Source: an uncultured Gammaproteobacteria bacterium (GTDB lineage Bacteria > Patescibacteriota > Microgenomatia > UBA8517). From it: DNA of 64,000 bases. The stretch is taken from positions 7,255 through 71,254 of the forward strand of contig CAZAXL010000005.1 in the NCBI GenBank assembly GCA_964489145.1, in the 5' to 3' direction. Position numbers and translations under genes: made by a program. Positions within the stretch are counted from its first letter, which is position 1; every line of letters begins with the position of its first letter. Shown here piece by piece: positions 47,287-56,509 of the stretch. The notes under the pieces are model-generated. The model was given only the letters and a program-made list of their open reading frames with translations, was not told where the DNA came from and did no database searches.

Positions 47287-47777
47287 TGGAGTTTGATTTT
47301 TTTAATTGAAAATTTATCCCCCTTCGCGAATACCCCGGGCGTTAGCTCGTGGGTAAGCGAAGTGTTTTCGCTTCGGAGGGATTCCACTCCAGACGAAGCT
47401 GGGGAGAAGATACCCCGACCGTAAGGCTGGGGAGCTTCATTGACAACTATCCCTACATGGTCAATTAAAGGAAAATGACTTTTTATTTCGGTTTGAAATT
47501 TCTCAGCAAGATTTGAAGTATAGGAACCGAATCCGGCGTTTTCAGATTGTTTGCAAAGCCTGTCTTCCCATTCATGGATAATATTAAGGATTTCGGCGCC
47601 GATTTTATTAAATTCCTCCTGATTTTTCTCTTGGTCAATTGAATATTCGAAATGCGCTTTGGTGAATTTATTAAAGGCATCTTTATTTTCTGAAACCATC
47701 TTGTCGAAATACACCTTGTATTTGGTCATATGGGAAATTTTGTCTGAAAACGGAGAGAAAATCAACCACAAAAACAT
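47283..47777 (-). CDS. Hypothetical protein whose 3' end reads through repeat copy A
   Basis: 164-aa ORF. The last about 50 codons are encoded by the repeat, so the true C-terminus is uncertain. Confidence 0.35.
   Translation of the reverse strand: MFLWLIFSPFSDKISHMTKYKVYFDKMVSENKDAFNKFTKAHFEYSIDQEKNQEEFNKIGAEILNIIHEWEDRLCKQSENAGFGSYTSNLAEKFQTEIKSHFPLIDHVGIVVNEAPQPYGRGIFSPASSGVESLRSENTSLTHELTPGVFAKGDKFSIKKIKLH
47313..47439. repeat. About 127-nt dispersed structured repeat, copy A
   Basis: About 90% identical to 62285-62414. Conserved hairpin AAGCGAA-GTGTT-TTCGCTT. Confidence 0.8.
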
Positions 47778-47820
47778 TTTCAGCTGGTTTTAAGACTGTG
47801 GGGTATAATATAGTCTCATT

Positions 47821-48471
47821 ATGAGAATTTTAGTAATTGAAGATGAGCATAAAATCGCAAACTCCATAAAACGCGGTTTTGAACAGGAAACGTGGGCTAC
47901 CGATGTTGCCTATGATGGTGAGGAAGGCTACGACCTGGCCTCAACAGAGGATTATGACGTTATAGTGCTGGACTTGATGCTTCCAAAAATGCCTGGCATC
48001 GAGATATGTAAAAAATTGAGAAAAGCGGGCAACCACACCCCAATACTCATGCTTACGGCAAGGGGTGCGGTTGGGGACAGAGTCGAAGGTCTGAACAGCG
48101 GAGCTGACGACTATCTTGTTAAGCCATTTGCATTTGAAGAGCTTTTGGCAAGAGTTAGGGCACTTGTCAGGCGTCCAAAAGAAACTCAAAGCTCAGAATT
48201 AAGAGTTAACGATTTGGTTTTGAACACGAATACTTTTGAAGTAAAAAAGAATGGTAAAAATATTGAACTTTCCAGAAAAGAATTTGCAATTTTAGAGTAT
48301 TTAATGAGAAATTCCGGGAAGGTGGTTTCTAAAGAAAATATAATTGCCCATGTATGGAATTACGAAGCGGATATTCTACCAAACACGGTAGAGGTTTTTG
48401 TTGGCTATCTTCGCGACAAGCTCGGTAACGATTTAATTCATACCGTAAGAGGTTTCGGATATAAGGTTTAG
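47821..48471 (+). CDS. Two-component response regulator, OmpR/PhoB family
   Basis: Receiver 'ILVIEDE...VIVLDLMLP', wHTH 'LSRKEFAILEYLM...GFGYK'. Confidence 0.9.
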   Translation: MRILVIEDEHKIANSIKRGFEQETWATDVAYDGEEGYDLASTEDYDVIVLDLMLPKMPGIEICKKLRKAGNHTPILMLTARGAVGDRVEGLNSGADDYLVKPFAFEELLARVRALVRRPKETQSSELRVNDLVLNTNTFEVKKNGKNIELSRKEFAILEYLMRNSGKVVSKENIIAHVWNYEADILPNTVEVFVGYLRDKLGNDLIHTVRGFGYKV

Positions 48472-48484
48472 TAATTCTTAATAT

Positions 48485-49516
48485 ATGTTTAAAGAGGCCC
48501 GTATAAAATTAACCGCTTGGTACTCGGTCATTATTATGATTGTAAGTCTTTCTTTTTCCGGGATTATTTATGTTGGTATAAATATGGAACTTGTCCGGAT
48601 AGATAATGTTCAGAAGGAAAGAGAGGCTAGACTTGATGATTTAAGAAAATTTCTAATTCAAAACAGCCTTCCGTTTCCGCAGGAAACACAGTCTTTCGAG
48701 ATAGAAACAGTAGAACACGCGAGACTTAGGGTCGTTTATGCACTTGGTCTTATTAATGTCTCAATTTTGGTTATTTCAGGGATTGGTGGGTATTTTTTGG
48801 CGGGTTTGACACTGGACCCTATTTCCAAAATGGTTAAGGAACAAAAGGAATTTGTCAGTAATGCCAGTCATGAACTTCGTACACCACTAACTTCGCTTAA
48901 AACTGAGATTGAAGTGGCCTTGCGTGATAAGAAGCTAAGCCTGATGCGGGCTAAAAATATTTTAAAGAGCAATCTGGATGATATAAACAGTATGCAAAAA
49001 CTTTCCAATTATCTTCTGAAACTGCACAGATTTGAGAATTCCGAAGTTGATATGAAAATGGAAAAAATTGATCTTGGAAAAGTAACCTTAAAAGTAATTA
49101 AAAGCAAAGGTTCTTATGCCAAGCAAAACAAAATTAAGATTGTCAAAAATATCACTAAGGTTTATGTGAATGGCAACGAGGAATATATAACCGAGCTTGC
49201 AAGTATTCTTATCGAAAATGCCATAAAGTATTCGGGAAAAGCTAAAAAAATAGAAGTTTCAACCAAAAAAGGCGGATTTTTGGTTGTCCGCGATTTCGGA
49301 ATAGGGATCGCAAAAAATGACCTTCCTCATGTTTTCGACAGATTTTACAGGGCAGACTCTTCAAGATCAAAAGAAAACGCCGAAGGCTTCGGTCTTGGTC
49401 TTTCTATTGCCAAGTCGATTACTGAAAAGTTGGGAGCAAAAATCAGAGTTCAGAGTAAGATGGAAAACGGAAGTACTTTTAGCGTGCAGTTTGCGTCAAA
49501 TTTCGGTACCGTTTGA
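48485..49516 (+). CDS. Sensor histidine kinase
   Basis: 2 TM, HisKA 'SHELRTPLTSL', HATPase 'VRDFGIGI', 'GFGLGLSI'. Confidence 0.85.
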   Translation: MFKEARIKLTAWYSVIIMIVSLSFSGIIYVGINMELVRIDNVQKEREARLDDLRKFLIQNSLPFPQETQSFEIETVEHARLRVVYALGLINVSILVISGIGGYFLAGLTLDPISKMVKEQKEFVSNASHELRTPLTSLKTEIEVALRDKKLSLMRAKNILKSNLDDINSMQKLSNYLLKLHRFENSEVDMKMEKIDLGKVTLKVIKSKGSYAKQNKIKIVKNITKVYVNGNEEYITELASILIENAIKYSGKAKKIEVSTKKGGFLVVRDFGIGIAKNDLPHVFDRFYRADSSRSKENAEGFGLGLSIAKSITEKLGAKIRVQSKMENGSTFSVQFASNFGTV

Positions 49517-49855
49517 TAAAGAAATATTAATTCTGCGGATCACCTCATGGCCAAACTCATTAATTAAATTTTCTCTGATTTCAAAAAGTACCGGTTCGGT
49601 AGGGACCAGGTCTTCCTCATCCGTTTTGGGGTGGGTGATGTCTATTTTGATGCTCTTTATAATATCGTCAGGTACGTTACCAATAACAAGGGGGAACATC
49701 AGCAGCTTTCTAAATATTTGCAATTCTTCTTGTTGTCGGGCAAAATCTTCTATCTCCCTGATTCTGTCAAAATTTTCAACGAGTAAATGGCTTATTATAG
49801 GGGAGCAACCCCAATCGTGTTTTTGATTAAGATTTTGTCTACGTTCTTGGCTCAT
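49496..49855 (-). CDS. Hypothetical protein
   Basis: 119-aa ORF. Confidence 0.35.
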   Translation of the reverse strand: MSQERRQNLNQKHDWGCSPIISHLLVENFDRIREIEDFARQQEELQIFRKLLMFPLVIGNVPDDIIKSIKIDITHPKTDEEDLVPTEPVLFEIRENLINEFGHEVIRRINISLSNGTEI

Positions 49856-49935
49856 GCTGCCATTCTACCACATGGCTGCAAGAAATAATTAAAAATGCTT
49901 GCGGTTTTACTGAACACTGTTATAGAATTACTTAG

Positions 49936-50367
49936 ATGAAAGAGAAGTTTTTTAATTGGATTAAGGTTCTGGCGGCAGTAGGAATTATTCTTGCGCTTTT
50001 TCTTCTTTGGGAGCAAATTTTCCGCCCCAGTTTTCAGCCCTGCAACATAAACGCTATGGTTAACTGTGACGCCGTTATAAGTGGGGAAGTGTCAAAAACT
50101 TTGGGAATTCCGACACCCCTCATCGGTCTTGTTGGCTACATAATAATTCTTTTCGCGGCATTCAAGAAAAACGCCAAATTGGTTTTAGGAATGGCTGCCT
50201 TTGGCCTGGCATTCTGTCTTTATATTGCCTACCGTGAGCTATTCCAACTTCATGTAATTTGTCCTGTCTGTGTTCTCTGTCAACTGGACATGATAACAGT
50301 ATTTATCTTAGGAATTATCCTTAACCGTAAAGCTTCAAAGCCAACCCCAACAGATCCTATAGCTTGA
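49936..50367 (+). CDS. Vitamin K epoxide reductase (VKOR) family thiol-oxidoreductase
   Basis: 4 TM. Loop Cys pair 'PCNINAMVNC', then 'CPVC' at a TM start. Confidence 0.6.
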   Translation: MKEKFFNWIKVLAAVGIILALFLLWEQIFRPSFQPCNINAMVNCDAVISGEVSKTLGIPTPLIGLVGYIIILFAAFKKNAKLVLGMAAFGLAFCLYIAYRELFQLHVICPVCVLCQLDMITVFILGIILNRKASKPTPTDPIA

Positions 50368-50483
50368 CAATTTAGACTTATAGTGTTAGAATTTTGCCCA
50401 TCTAGGCGTGCGCCTGGAATGTGGTTGGTTAGCACATTAAGCTTTAAATTTCAAAAACTTTTTGGTCCTAAAGGAGGACAAAA

Positions 50484-50849
50484 ATGGAAAGCAGAAAGTT
50501 AAGTCCGGCAGTAAGGATAGTACTGATTGTAGTTGGTTTATTGATAATTGGCTTAATTGCCTTATCAGCATCTGGTATCCCTGTTTTTGCAGCTGGGGAA
50601 TGCAAAGCCCCCGAGGGGTATTTGTTGATCGAAAACAGAATGGCCGCTGACTTGGCTGGAAACCCTGTATATATTGTACGAGGGATAGGAGCCACCGGCG
50701 AAGGCGTCTCTGTGAATCGGAAGTTCTACATTCCTCAATGTGGATCAAGTGATCCGTCAATAGAGGAAGTCGGAAACGTTTTTGTCTGGTTAGACGGTAG
50801 ACAGGTTTTACTACTGTCTGGATCGGTCGGAAGAGACACCTCTCAATAG
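50484..50849 (+). CDS. Small membrane-anchored/secreted protein with two Cys
   Basis: Strong SD 'AAAGGAGG' 7 nt upstream. N-terminal TM. Preferred over the overlapping minus ORF. Confidence 0.45.
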   Translation: MESRKLSPAVRIVLIVVGLLIIGLIALSASGIPVFAAGECKAPEGYLLIENRMAADLAGNPVYIVRGIGATGEGVSVNRKFYIPQCGSSDPSIEEVGNVFVWLDGRQVLLLSGSVGRDTSQ

Positions 50850-50988
50850 TTTTTGAAATATGTTTTTCAAATACCGGAGCTCTAAGCTTCATCTTTGTTT
50901 TTTAAAAGATGATGTTTATCTCCGGTTTTTTGTGGAAAAATTGCATACGGAGAAAAATCTGGTATAGTACGGGCGTAAGGAGAAATCC

Positions 50989-51753
50989 ATGAGTTCTGAA
51001 CAACAAAGAGGCACCGACAATCAAGACATTGCTCACACACTGGCTCTTTTTCTGTCCGGAAAAATTAAAAGGGAAGATATGGGTGAGAATAACCAGATGG
51101 TACTGGATTTTTATCTTGGGGTAATGTCGGATGATCCCAGGTTTGCCGAGCGAGTCAATCTCATAAAAAATCAAATGATTGAGAAGGACAAAAAAATTCC
51201 ACTTTACACACCCGGAGAACTCGGAAGGGCAAAAGACCACAAGAAACGTAAAAAATCATCGGGAGAAAAAGCTTTCCAACCCGCTTTTTGGGAAGAAACC
51301 AGCCTTAAAAATATATCAGAATCGGAGCTTGAAGGTTTCTACGACCCGGAAAAATATTTAATGAAATTACACAAGTCTTCCTCTCGAGGTTTTAATCAGG
51401 GCTACGAAAGATTGTTAAGAAAAGACGTCCAGGACAGAAAAAACCAATTAAGAAATTCGATTGATTTACCCGTAGCCAGAGGCAAGAATTCCCATGTAAA
51501 CGATGATTTTTACAAATTTTTGGTTAGGAGAGTTTGTACTTTTGACACATTTGAAATCTTTAACGAATATGATCGCGCAATTGATAGAATTTCACCGGAA
51601 TTGAATCTAAAAATAGAACAAGTAAAAGATTTGGTTGATGAGCTTTTGAACCAGGGGCTAAACCGGCGCGAGAGATTTGAAAGATTTGATCAGTTTACCA
51701 AGGAATATAAAAAAGAATGGAATATGGAAGTCGACTTAAATTTTCGGGGTTGA
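50989..51753 (+). CDS. Hypothetical protein
   Basis: 254-aa ORF, charged. Confidence 0.4.
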   Translation: MSSEQQRGTDNQDIAHTLALFLSGKIKREDMGENNQMVLDFYLGVMSDDPRFAERVNLIKNQMIEKDKKIPLYTPGELGRAKDHKKRKKSSGEKAFQPAFWEETSLKNISESELEGFYDPEKYLMKLHKSSSRGFNQGYERLLRKDVQDRKNQLRNSIDLPVARGKNSHVNDDFYKFLVRRVCTFDTFEIFNEYDRAIDRISPELNLKIEQVKDLVDELLNQGLNRRERFERFDQFTKEYKKEWNMEVDLNFRG

Positions 51754-51758
51754 TATCT

Positions 51759-52745
51759 TCATGGGTTTTTGGGTTTATAATACACACCACGGGTAGAACC
51801 CATTTTTTGGATAAAACCTTCTTTTGCCAGTCTCATTAAATCGTAGCGCAGAGTTCTTTCGTTAACATTTTTAAATCTCCTTCTGATGCTGTCGAAGTTG
51901 GTCATTTTTTGGTCATTTATAAGCTGTAATATTTCACCCCTTCTGGGTAAAAGCGCGTCGTAGCTTTCAACTTTTTGTTTTTTGAGCACCAAATCTTTTG
52001 CCTCTGTGGCCGCCTCGGCAATCAATTCGAGCATAAATTCCAGGTAATTTGTAGTATCGCGCTCCGGCTCTTCAAGCATTTTGTAATAAGTCTCGCGTTT
52101 TTTATCGACCTTTTCCTCAAATGGTAAAATTCCTTTAAGTCCATAATCATTTTTTGTCAGCACCATCAAGATAAAAAGTCTTCCGACTCTGCCACTGCCA
52201 TCCGTAAATGGATGTATTTTTTCAAAAACAAAGTGAGAAAGAAGTGCCTTAACGGGAATAAGGGTTTCTTTATTGCTGTTGGCATATTTCAAAAGTCTTT
52301 CAATCAGCTTGGGTATTAAACTAGGAGGGGGAGCATGATAGACAACAGTCCCTGCAGTTGTGAATATACCTTCATGCTTCTTTCTGAATTTTCCCAATTC
52401 TTCATATTCAATCCCTTTCATAACGATTGAGTGCAAAGTCAAAATGTCTTTTACGGAAATATCTTTTTTGTTCCTTTCCTGAATCCAATTTATTGCTTTT
52501 AAGATATTTTCTATTTCAACTCTCTTTTTGTCTTTTGAGGAAAGCCTTGAATAATCATCCAGGAGTGTGGGATTACCCTCAATTCTTGCCGAAAAAACGG
52601 AACTTTTCAAAGTTGACTTGCGCCTGATGTTTAATTCAACTTCGGGGGGAATTGATATATTTTCAACAATCTCTTTGGCAGCCTCTATTTTAGATAGAAG
52701 TTTAGAGGTATTAGTATTGAGAAAATATTTTGGAGGAATCAACAT
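51759..52745 (-). CDS. Fic-family protein (class II, internal inhibitory helix) with C-terminal wHTH
   Basis: Fic motif 'HPFTDGSGRVGR', N-terminal 'SARIEGN' of the [S/T]xxxE[G/N] type, C-terminal 'LMRLAKEGFI'. Confidence 0.8.
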   Translation of the reverse strand: MLIPPKYFLNTNTSKLLSKIEAAKEIVENISIPPEVELNIRRKSTLKSSVFSARIEGNPTLLDDYSRLSSKDKKRVEIENILKAINWIQERNKKDISVKDILTLHSIVMKGIEYEELGKFRKKHEGIFTTAGTVVYHAPPPSLIPKLIERLLKYANSNKETLIPVKALLSHFVFEKIHPFTDGSGRVGRLFILMVLTKNDYGLKGILPFEEKVDKKRETYYKMLEEPERDTTNYLEFMLELIAEAATEAKDLVLKKQKVESYDALLPRRGEILQLINDQKMTNFDSIRRRFKNVNERTLRYDLMRLAKEGFIQKMGSTRGVYYKPKNP

Positions 52746-52919
52746 TGCCTAATACTACCAGATATTTCCAGATGTTGCCATATATTGCCAAAAACGAAAG
52801 AGGGGTTTATTAAATAACAAATCAAGCCCCATAACGCACAGTATCTTTTTTGTGCGCTTTGTTTAACAACTCCGAAATGACCATCGACAAGTACTTCAAC
52901 TAGTTGTAACATATGAAGT

Positions 52920-53114
52920 ATGATAACTCACAATAAAAACTTCACTTTAGCAAGTAAAAACATCAAACAAAGAGTAACGCTTTTCGTTAATCCTTCAATT
53001 TTGAAGCATGCTAAAGCCCAGGCTGTTGTTGAAGACTTAAGTTTAACTGTGCTTGTAGAAAAAGCATTAATGAAATATTTACCTAGGGTAACAGTGATTA
53101 AGGGGGGTGAGTAA
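52920..53114 (+). CDS. Hypothetical small protein
   Basis: 64-aa ORF. Confidence 0.25.
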   Translation: MITHNKNFTLASKNIKQRVTLFVNPSILKHAKAQAVVEDLSLTVLVEKALMKYLPRVTVIKGGE

Positions 53115-53502
53115 TATGACAGAAATTGTAAGAGAGACAGTAAGAACAGAGAATGAAGTTGCATCAACCCCGGTTAATGCAGAAGTAAGCGGTACTCAAA
53201 CTGCAGCACGTTTAATCTATTTTCTGTTTGGAATACTTGAAGTACTTTTGGCCTTCCGTTTAATTTTTAAGCTTGCAGGTGCAAGTCACGGAAGCGCTTT
53301 TGTAAATTTAATTTATAGTCTAACCGGAATTTTTATCTTGCCTTTTACCGGAATATTCCGTCAGGCGGTAGCAACCGGAGTAGAAACAACAGCAATTCTT
53401 GAGCCGGCAACGGTAGTTGCCATTATCGTCTACGCTGTTTTGGCGTGGGGAATCGTGGCTTTAGTGAGAATAATTTCCGGTGAAAGGAAAGAAGCTGATT
53501 AG
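53107..53502 (+). CDS. Small membrane protein (YggT-like)
   Basis: Hydrophobic repeats 'LIYFLFGILEVLLAFRLIF' and 'LIYSLTGIFILPF'. Confidence 0.4.
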   Translation: MSNMTEIVRETVRTENEVASTPVNAEVSGTQTAARLIYFLFGILEVLLAFRLIFKLAGASHGSAFVNLIYSLTGIFILPFTGIFRQAVATGVETTAILEPATVVAIIVYAVLAWGIVALVRIISGERKEAD

Positions 53503-53528
53503 TTTGATTTAATAAGGAGGTGATATAT

Positions 53529-53666
53529 ATGGGGATATTAGACATTATCATTATTATATTAATTATTGGTTGGTTGGGAGGATTTTCTTTCCGTGTCGGC
53601 GGAAGCCTGATTCATTTACTACTTGTCATTGCAGTTATTGTTCTTGTTGTCCGTCTTTTAAGTTAA
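53529..53666 (+). CDS. lmo0937-family small membrane protein (45 aa)
   Basis: Not in the ORF track because it is under 60 aa. SD 'AAGGAGG', 'MGILDIIIIILIIGWLGGFSFRVGGSLIHLLLVIAVIVLVVRLLS'. Confidence 0.5.
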   Translation: MGILDIIIIILIIGWLGGFSFRVGGSLIHLLLVIAVIVLVVRLLS

Positions 53667-53742
53667 TTTAAAGTAAAAGAACTTGTGAACAAACTACAGG
53701 AGTTAAGTACGACGGAGATAGTAACTTAGAGTATAATAAAGT

Positions 53743-54087
53743 ATGTTGATTTTAATTTTATTTTTGGTTATTGGTTCATTTGTTGTATATGTATCAAGAT
53801 TTAATTTTACCCCGGTTACGGTTAATCTGGGATTTTATACATTCCCGGATATTCCTCTCTTTTATGTAATTATCGGCGCACTTCTTACAGGTTTGGTGAT
53901 TTCATATTTGGTTTATCTGGTTCGTTCTATTTCTACATCCTTTGCGTTACGTGGTAAAAATAAGGAAATTAAAAAAGAGAAAGATGTTGTACTTGAGTTA
54001 ACCAAACGTGTTCACCAGTTGGAGTTGGAAAACGAAAAATTGAAGCACGGTTCCAGCGGCGAAGCCGAAGACACAAACTCTTTGTGA
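53743..54087 (+). CDS. LapA/DUF1049-like membrane protein
   Basis: 2 TM plus a C-terminal coiled-coil 'LELENEKLK'. Confidence 0.45.
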   Translation: MLILILFLVIGSFVVYVSRFNFTPVTVNLGFYTFPDIPLFYVIIGALLTGLVISYLVYLVRSISTSFALRGKNKEIKKEKDVVLELTKRVHQLELENEKLKHGSSGEAEDTNSL

Positions 54088-54548
54088 AAAACCTCTTAGC
54101 TAAAATCTACAAAGCAATGCATCTCCCTAAAGGTATGCAACTATTTGTCATGCGCTTTTTTCAGGACCAATTTTTAATCGGTGTTACCGGTATAATTTTT
54201 AATGAAAAACAGGAAATTCTTCTTTTTAAGCATACCTATCGTTCACACGCATGGGCTTTGCCCGGCGGCTATTTAAAATCCGGCGAACACCCGCGCGAAG
54301 CACTGGAGCGGGAAATCAAAGAAGAGTCGGGTTTTACTGTAAGCGTTGATGAGCCTCTGAAAACCCGAACCGACCGCGACAATGCCCGACTGGATATGTG
54401 TTACACGGGAATCTTAATCGGTGGCGATTTTACTCCAACTCACGAAGTCTCCGAATATGGTTTTTTTAATCAAGACAATCTTCCTCTTCTCAGGAAAAAT
54501 CAGGTTTTTTTAATTGATGAAGTTTTAAGGCAGCGACGCTCACCATAA
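54084..54548 (+). CDS. NUDIX hydrolase
   Basis: 'LPGGYLKSGEHPREALEREIKEESGF'. Confidence 0.8.
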   Translation: MKNLLAKIYKAMHLPKGMQLFVMRFFQDQFLIGVTGIIFNEKQEILLFKHTYRSHAWALPGGYLKSGEHPREALEREIKEESGFTVSVDEPLKTRTDRDNARLDMCYTGILIGGDFTPTHEVSEYGFFNQDNLPLLRKNQVFLIDEVLRQRRSP

Positions 54549-54650
54549 GATTGAAAATAGACGATTCGAACTCACTATATATTTTTAGACTCGGGTGTTG
54601 AGCGAAGCTTGCCACTCAGCTTTATCCGAACTTCATGATAAAATTCAAAC

Positions 54651-55646
54651 ATGAGTTTATCTGTAGGAATTGTTGGTTTACCAAACGTAGGGAAAAGCAC
54701 ACTTTTTAATGCTCTTCTCAAAAAGCAGCAGGCTTACGTTGCGAACTTCCCATTCGCAACGATTGAGCCGAATATTGGGATAGTTCCTGTTCCTGACGAA
54801 CGGCTTTCAGAGCTAGCTGAAATAACAAAAAAATCCGAAAGTATGGCCAATCTTCCTCCTGAAGTTCCAGCCACGGTTGAATTCGTAGATATCGCAGGGC
54901 TAATCGCAGGCGCAAGTAAAGGCGAGGGATTGGGAAATAAGTTCCTAAGCCATATCAGGGAAACCAGCGCGATTTGCTACGTTTTAAGAGCCTTTACCGA
55001 CCCCGATATCATCAAGCAGGGGGTAAAAAACCCAAAAACCGACTTGGAAGTTTTAAAATTGGAACTTGATTTGGCAGATGCGGAAACAATAGAAAATCAC
55101 AAAAAAAGGAAAGAACAGGACCCCGAAAACCTCCCGCTATTTTCAAAGAAACCCTTTTTGATTGTGCTGAATGTAGATGAAGCCGATTTGAAGAATTCCG
55201 GCAGTTTGGAAGATAAATATGCAGAGGAGCTGGGGGTAGATAAAAATCAGGTTGTGATAATTTCTGCCAGAACCGAGGCGGAACTTTCGGAACTCTCACC
55301 CGAAGACCAAAAAGCATATTTGGCCGATTTGGGGGTTGAGAAATCAGGCCTTGAGCGTTTAATCCAAAAAGCATTTGCTACGCTTGGTTTAATAACATTT
55401 TTAACAGCGGGAGAAAAAGAAGTTAGAGCTTGGACCATTCCGGCAGGGATCAGCGCCCAAGAAGCGGCCGGAGTAATTCATACGGATTTCATTAAGAAGT
55501 TTATTAAGGCTGACGTTGTTGCTTTTACCGATTTTGTAACACTTGGCGGTTGGAAGGCGGCTCGCGACGCCGGAAAAGTAAGGAGCGAGGGGCGGGATTA
55601 TACAATGAAAGACGGGGAAGTTGTGGAATTTAAGATTGGGGCATAA
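54651..55646 (+). CDS. ychF: Ribosome-binding ATPase YchF
   Basis: 'VGIVGLPNVGKSTLFNAL', 'FVDIAGL', C-terminal TGS. Confidence 0.9.
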   Translation: MSLSVGIVGLPNVGKSTLFNALLKKQQAYVANFPFATIEPNIGIVPVPDERLSELAEITKKSESMANLPPEVPATVEFVDIAGLIAGASKGEGLGNKFLSHIRETSAICYVLRAFTDPDIIKQGVKNPKTDLEVLKLELDLADAETIENHKKRKEQDPENLPLFSKKPFLIVLNVDEADLKNSGSLEDKYAEELGVDKNQVVIISARTEAELSELSPEDQKAYLADLGVEKSGLERLIQKAFATLGLITFLTAGEKEVRAWTIPAGISAQEAAGVIHTDFIKKFIKADVVAFTDFVTLGGWKAARDAGKVRSEGRDYTMKDGEVVEFKIGA

Positions 55647-55650
55647 CTAA

Positions 55651-55692
55651 TTTCTAATTGCTAATTTCTAATTTCTAATCTATAATCTGAGC
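55651..55692 (+). promoter_or_regulatory. Tandem 'CTAATTT' repeats + TATAAT 6 nt before the rpsF ATG
   Basis: 'CTAATTTCTAATTGCTAATTTCTAATTTCTAATCTATAATCTGAGC-ATG'. Confidence 0.4.
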
Positions 55693-55980
55693 ATGAATAA
55701 ATACGAATTAACCTTAGTTTTGGACGGCAAGGCGGGAGCTGTCAAAAAAAAGAAAGTAATCGAAACTTTAGAAAAAGTTTTGGCTATTTTTAAGGGATCA
55801 ATCAAAGAGTCTAAAGATTGGGGAGTAAAAGAACTTGCCTACAAAATCGGAAAAAGTGAGACCGGGCTTTACCTATTCTTCGAAATTGAACTTGATCCCA
55901 AAGGAGCTAAGTCATTAAATGATAAACTAAGAGTAGATCCTGATTTAATTAGGTTTTTACTAATAAATAAAAATAAATAA
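55693..55980 (+). CDS. rpsF: 30S ribosomal protein S6
   Basis: 'MNKYELTLVLD', 'GLYLFFEIE'. Confidence 0.9.
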   Translation: MNKYELTLVLDGKAGAVKKKKVIETLEKVLAIFKGSIKESKDWGVKELAYKIGKSETGLYLFFEIELDPKGAKSLNDKLRVDPDLIRFLLINKNK

Positions 55981-56490
55981 ATGGCACGAAGTTTAAACAA
56001 GGTAATGCTAATCGGAAATCTCACGAGAGATCCTGAAATGCGTTATACCCCCCAGGGAACCGCGGTTTGTACTTTCGGGGTTGCTACAAACAGAAACTGG
56101 ACAACGGAAAGCGGAGAAAAGAAAGAAGACGTAGAGTTTCATAATGTTGTGGCCTGGAATAAATTGGCCGAGATTTGTACACAGCTTTTAAAGAAAGGCA
56201 GAAAAGTCTACGTTGAAGGCAGGCTCTCAACACGTTCTTGGCAAGGTACTGACGGAACCCAAAAACAAAGAACAGAAGTGGTGATAAGCGACATGGTTAT
56301 TTTGGATAAAAAGGAAGATTCGGGAGACTCTGGAATTGATATTCCTGAACCTGAAGTGGAGCCTCAAGTTTCACCCGAGGAAGTCTCTGCCAAAAAACCC
56401 GCAAAAAAGTCCGGTAAATCTGAAACCGCCTCCACCGAGGTAAAAGAAGAAAAAACAGAAGAACCTGGTGATGAAGATATCCCATTTTAA
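55981..56490 (+). CDS. ssb: Single-stranded DNA-binding protein
   Basis: 'LNKVMLIGNLTRDPE', acidic 'DEDIPF' tail. Confidence 0.9.
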   Translation: MARSLNKVMLIGNLTRDPEMRYTPQGTAVCTFGVATNRNWTTESGEKKEDVEFHNVVAWNKLAEICTQLLKKGRKVYVEGRLSTRSWQGTDGTQKQRTEVVISDMVILDKKEDSGDSGIDIPEPEVEPQVSPEEVSAKKPAKKSGKSETASTEVKEEKTEEPGDEDIPF

Positions 56491-56509
56491 TTTAGAATTT
56501 ATTGAAAGT

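Noticed and set aside
50368-50483. Imperfect palindrome 'CTAGGCGTGCGCCTGG' after the VKOR gene as a terminator
   Set aside because: The stem is short with a 2-nt loop and there is no U-tract. It is not convincing.
50437-50892. 151-aa minus-strand ORF overlapping the + strand small Cys protein
   Set aside because: Arg-rich, low-complexity translation with no SD. The + strand ORF has a strong SD and a signal anchor, so the minus ORF is judged spurious.
55693-55980. S6 as the substrate of the RimK-like ligases (C-terminal Glu tail)
   Set aside because: S6 here ends '...LINKNK' with no acidic tail. The classical RimK substrate motif is absent, so the target of the ATP-grasps remains unknown.
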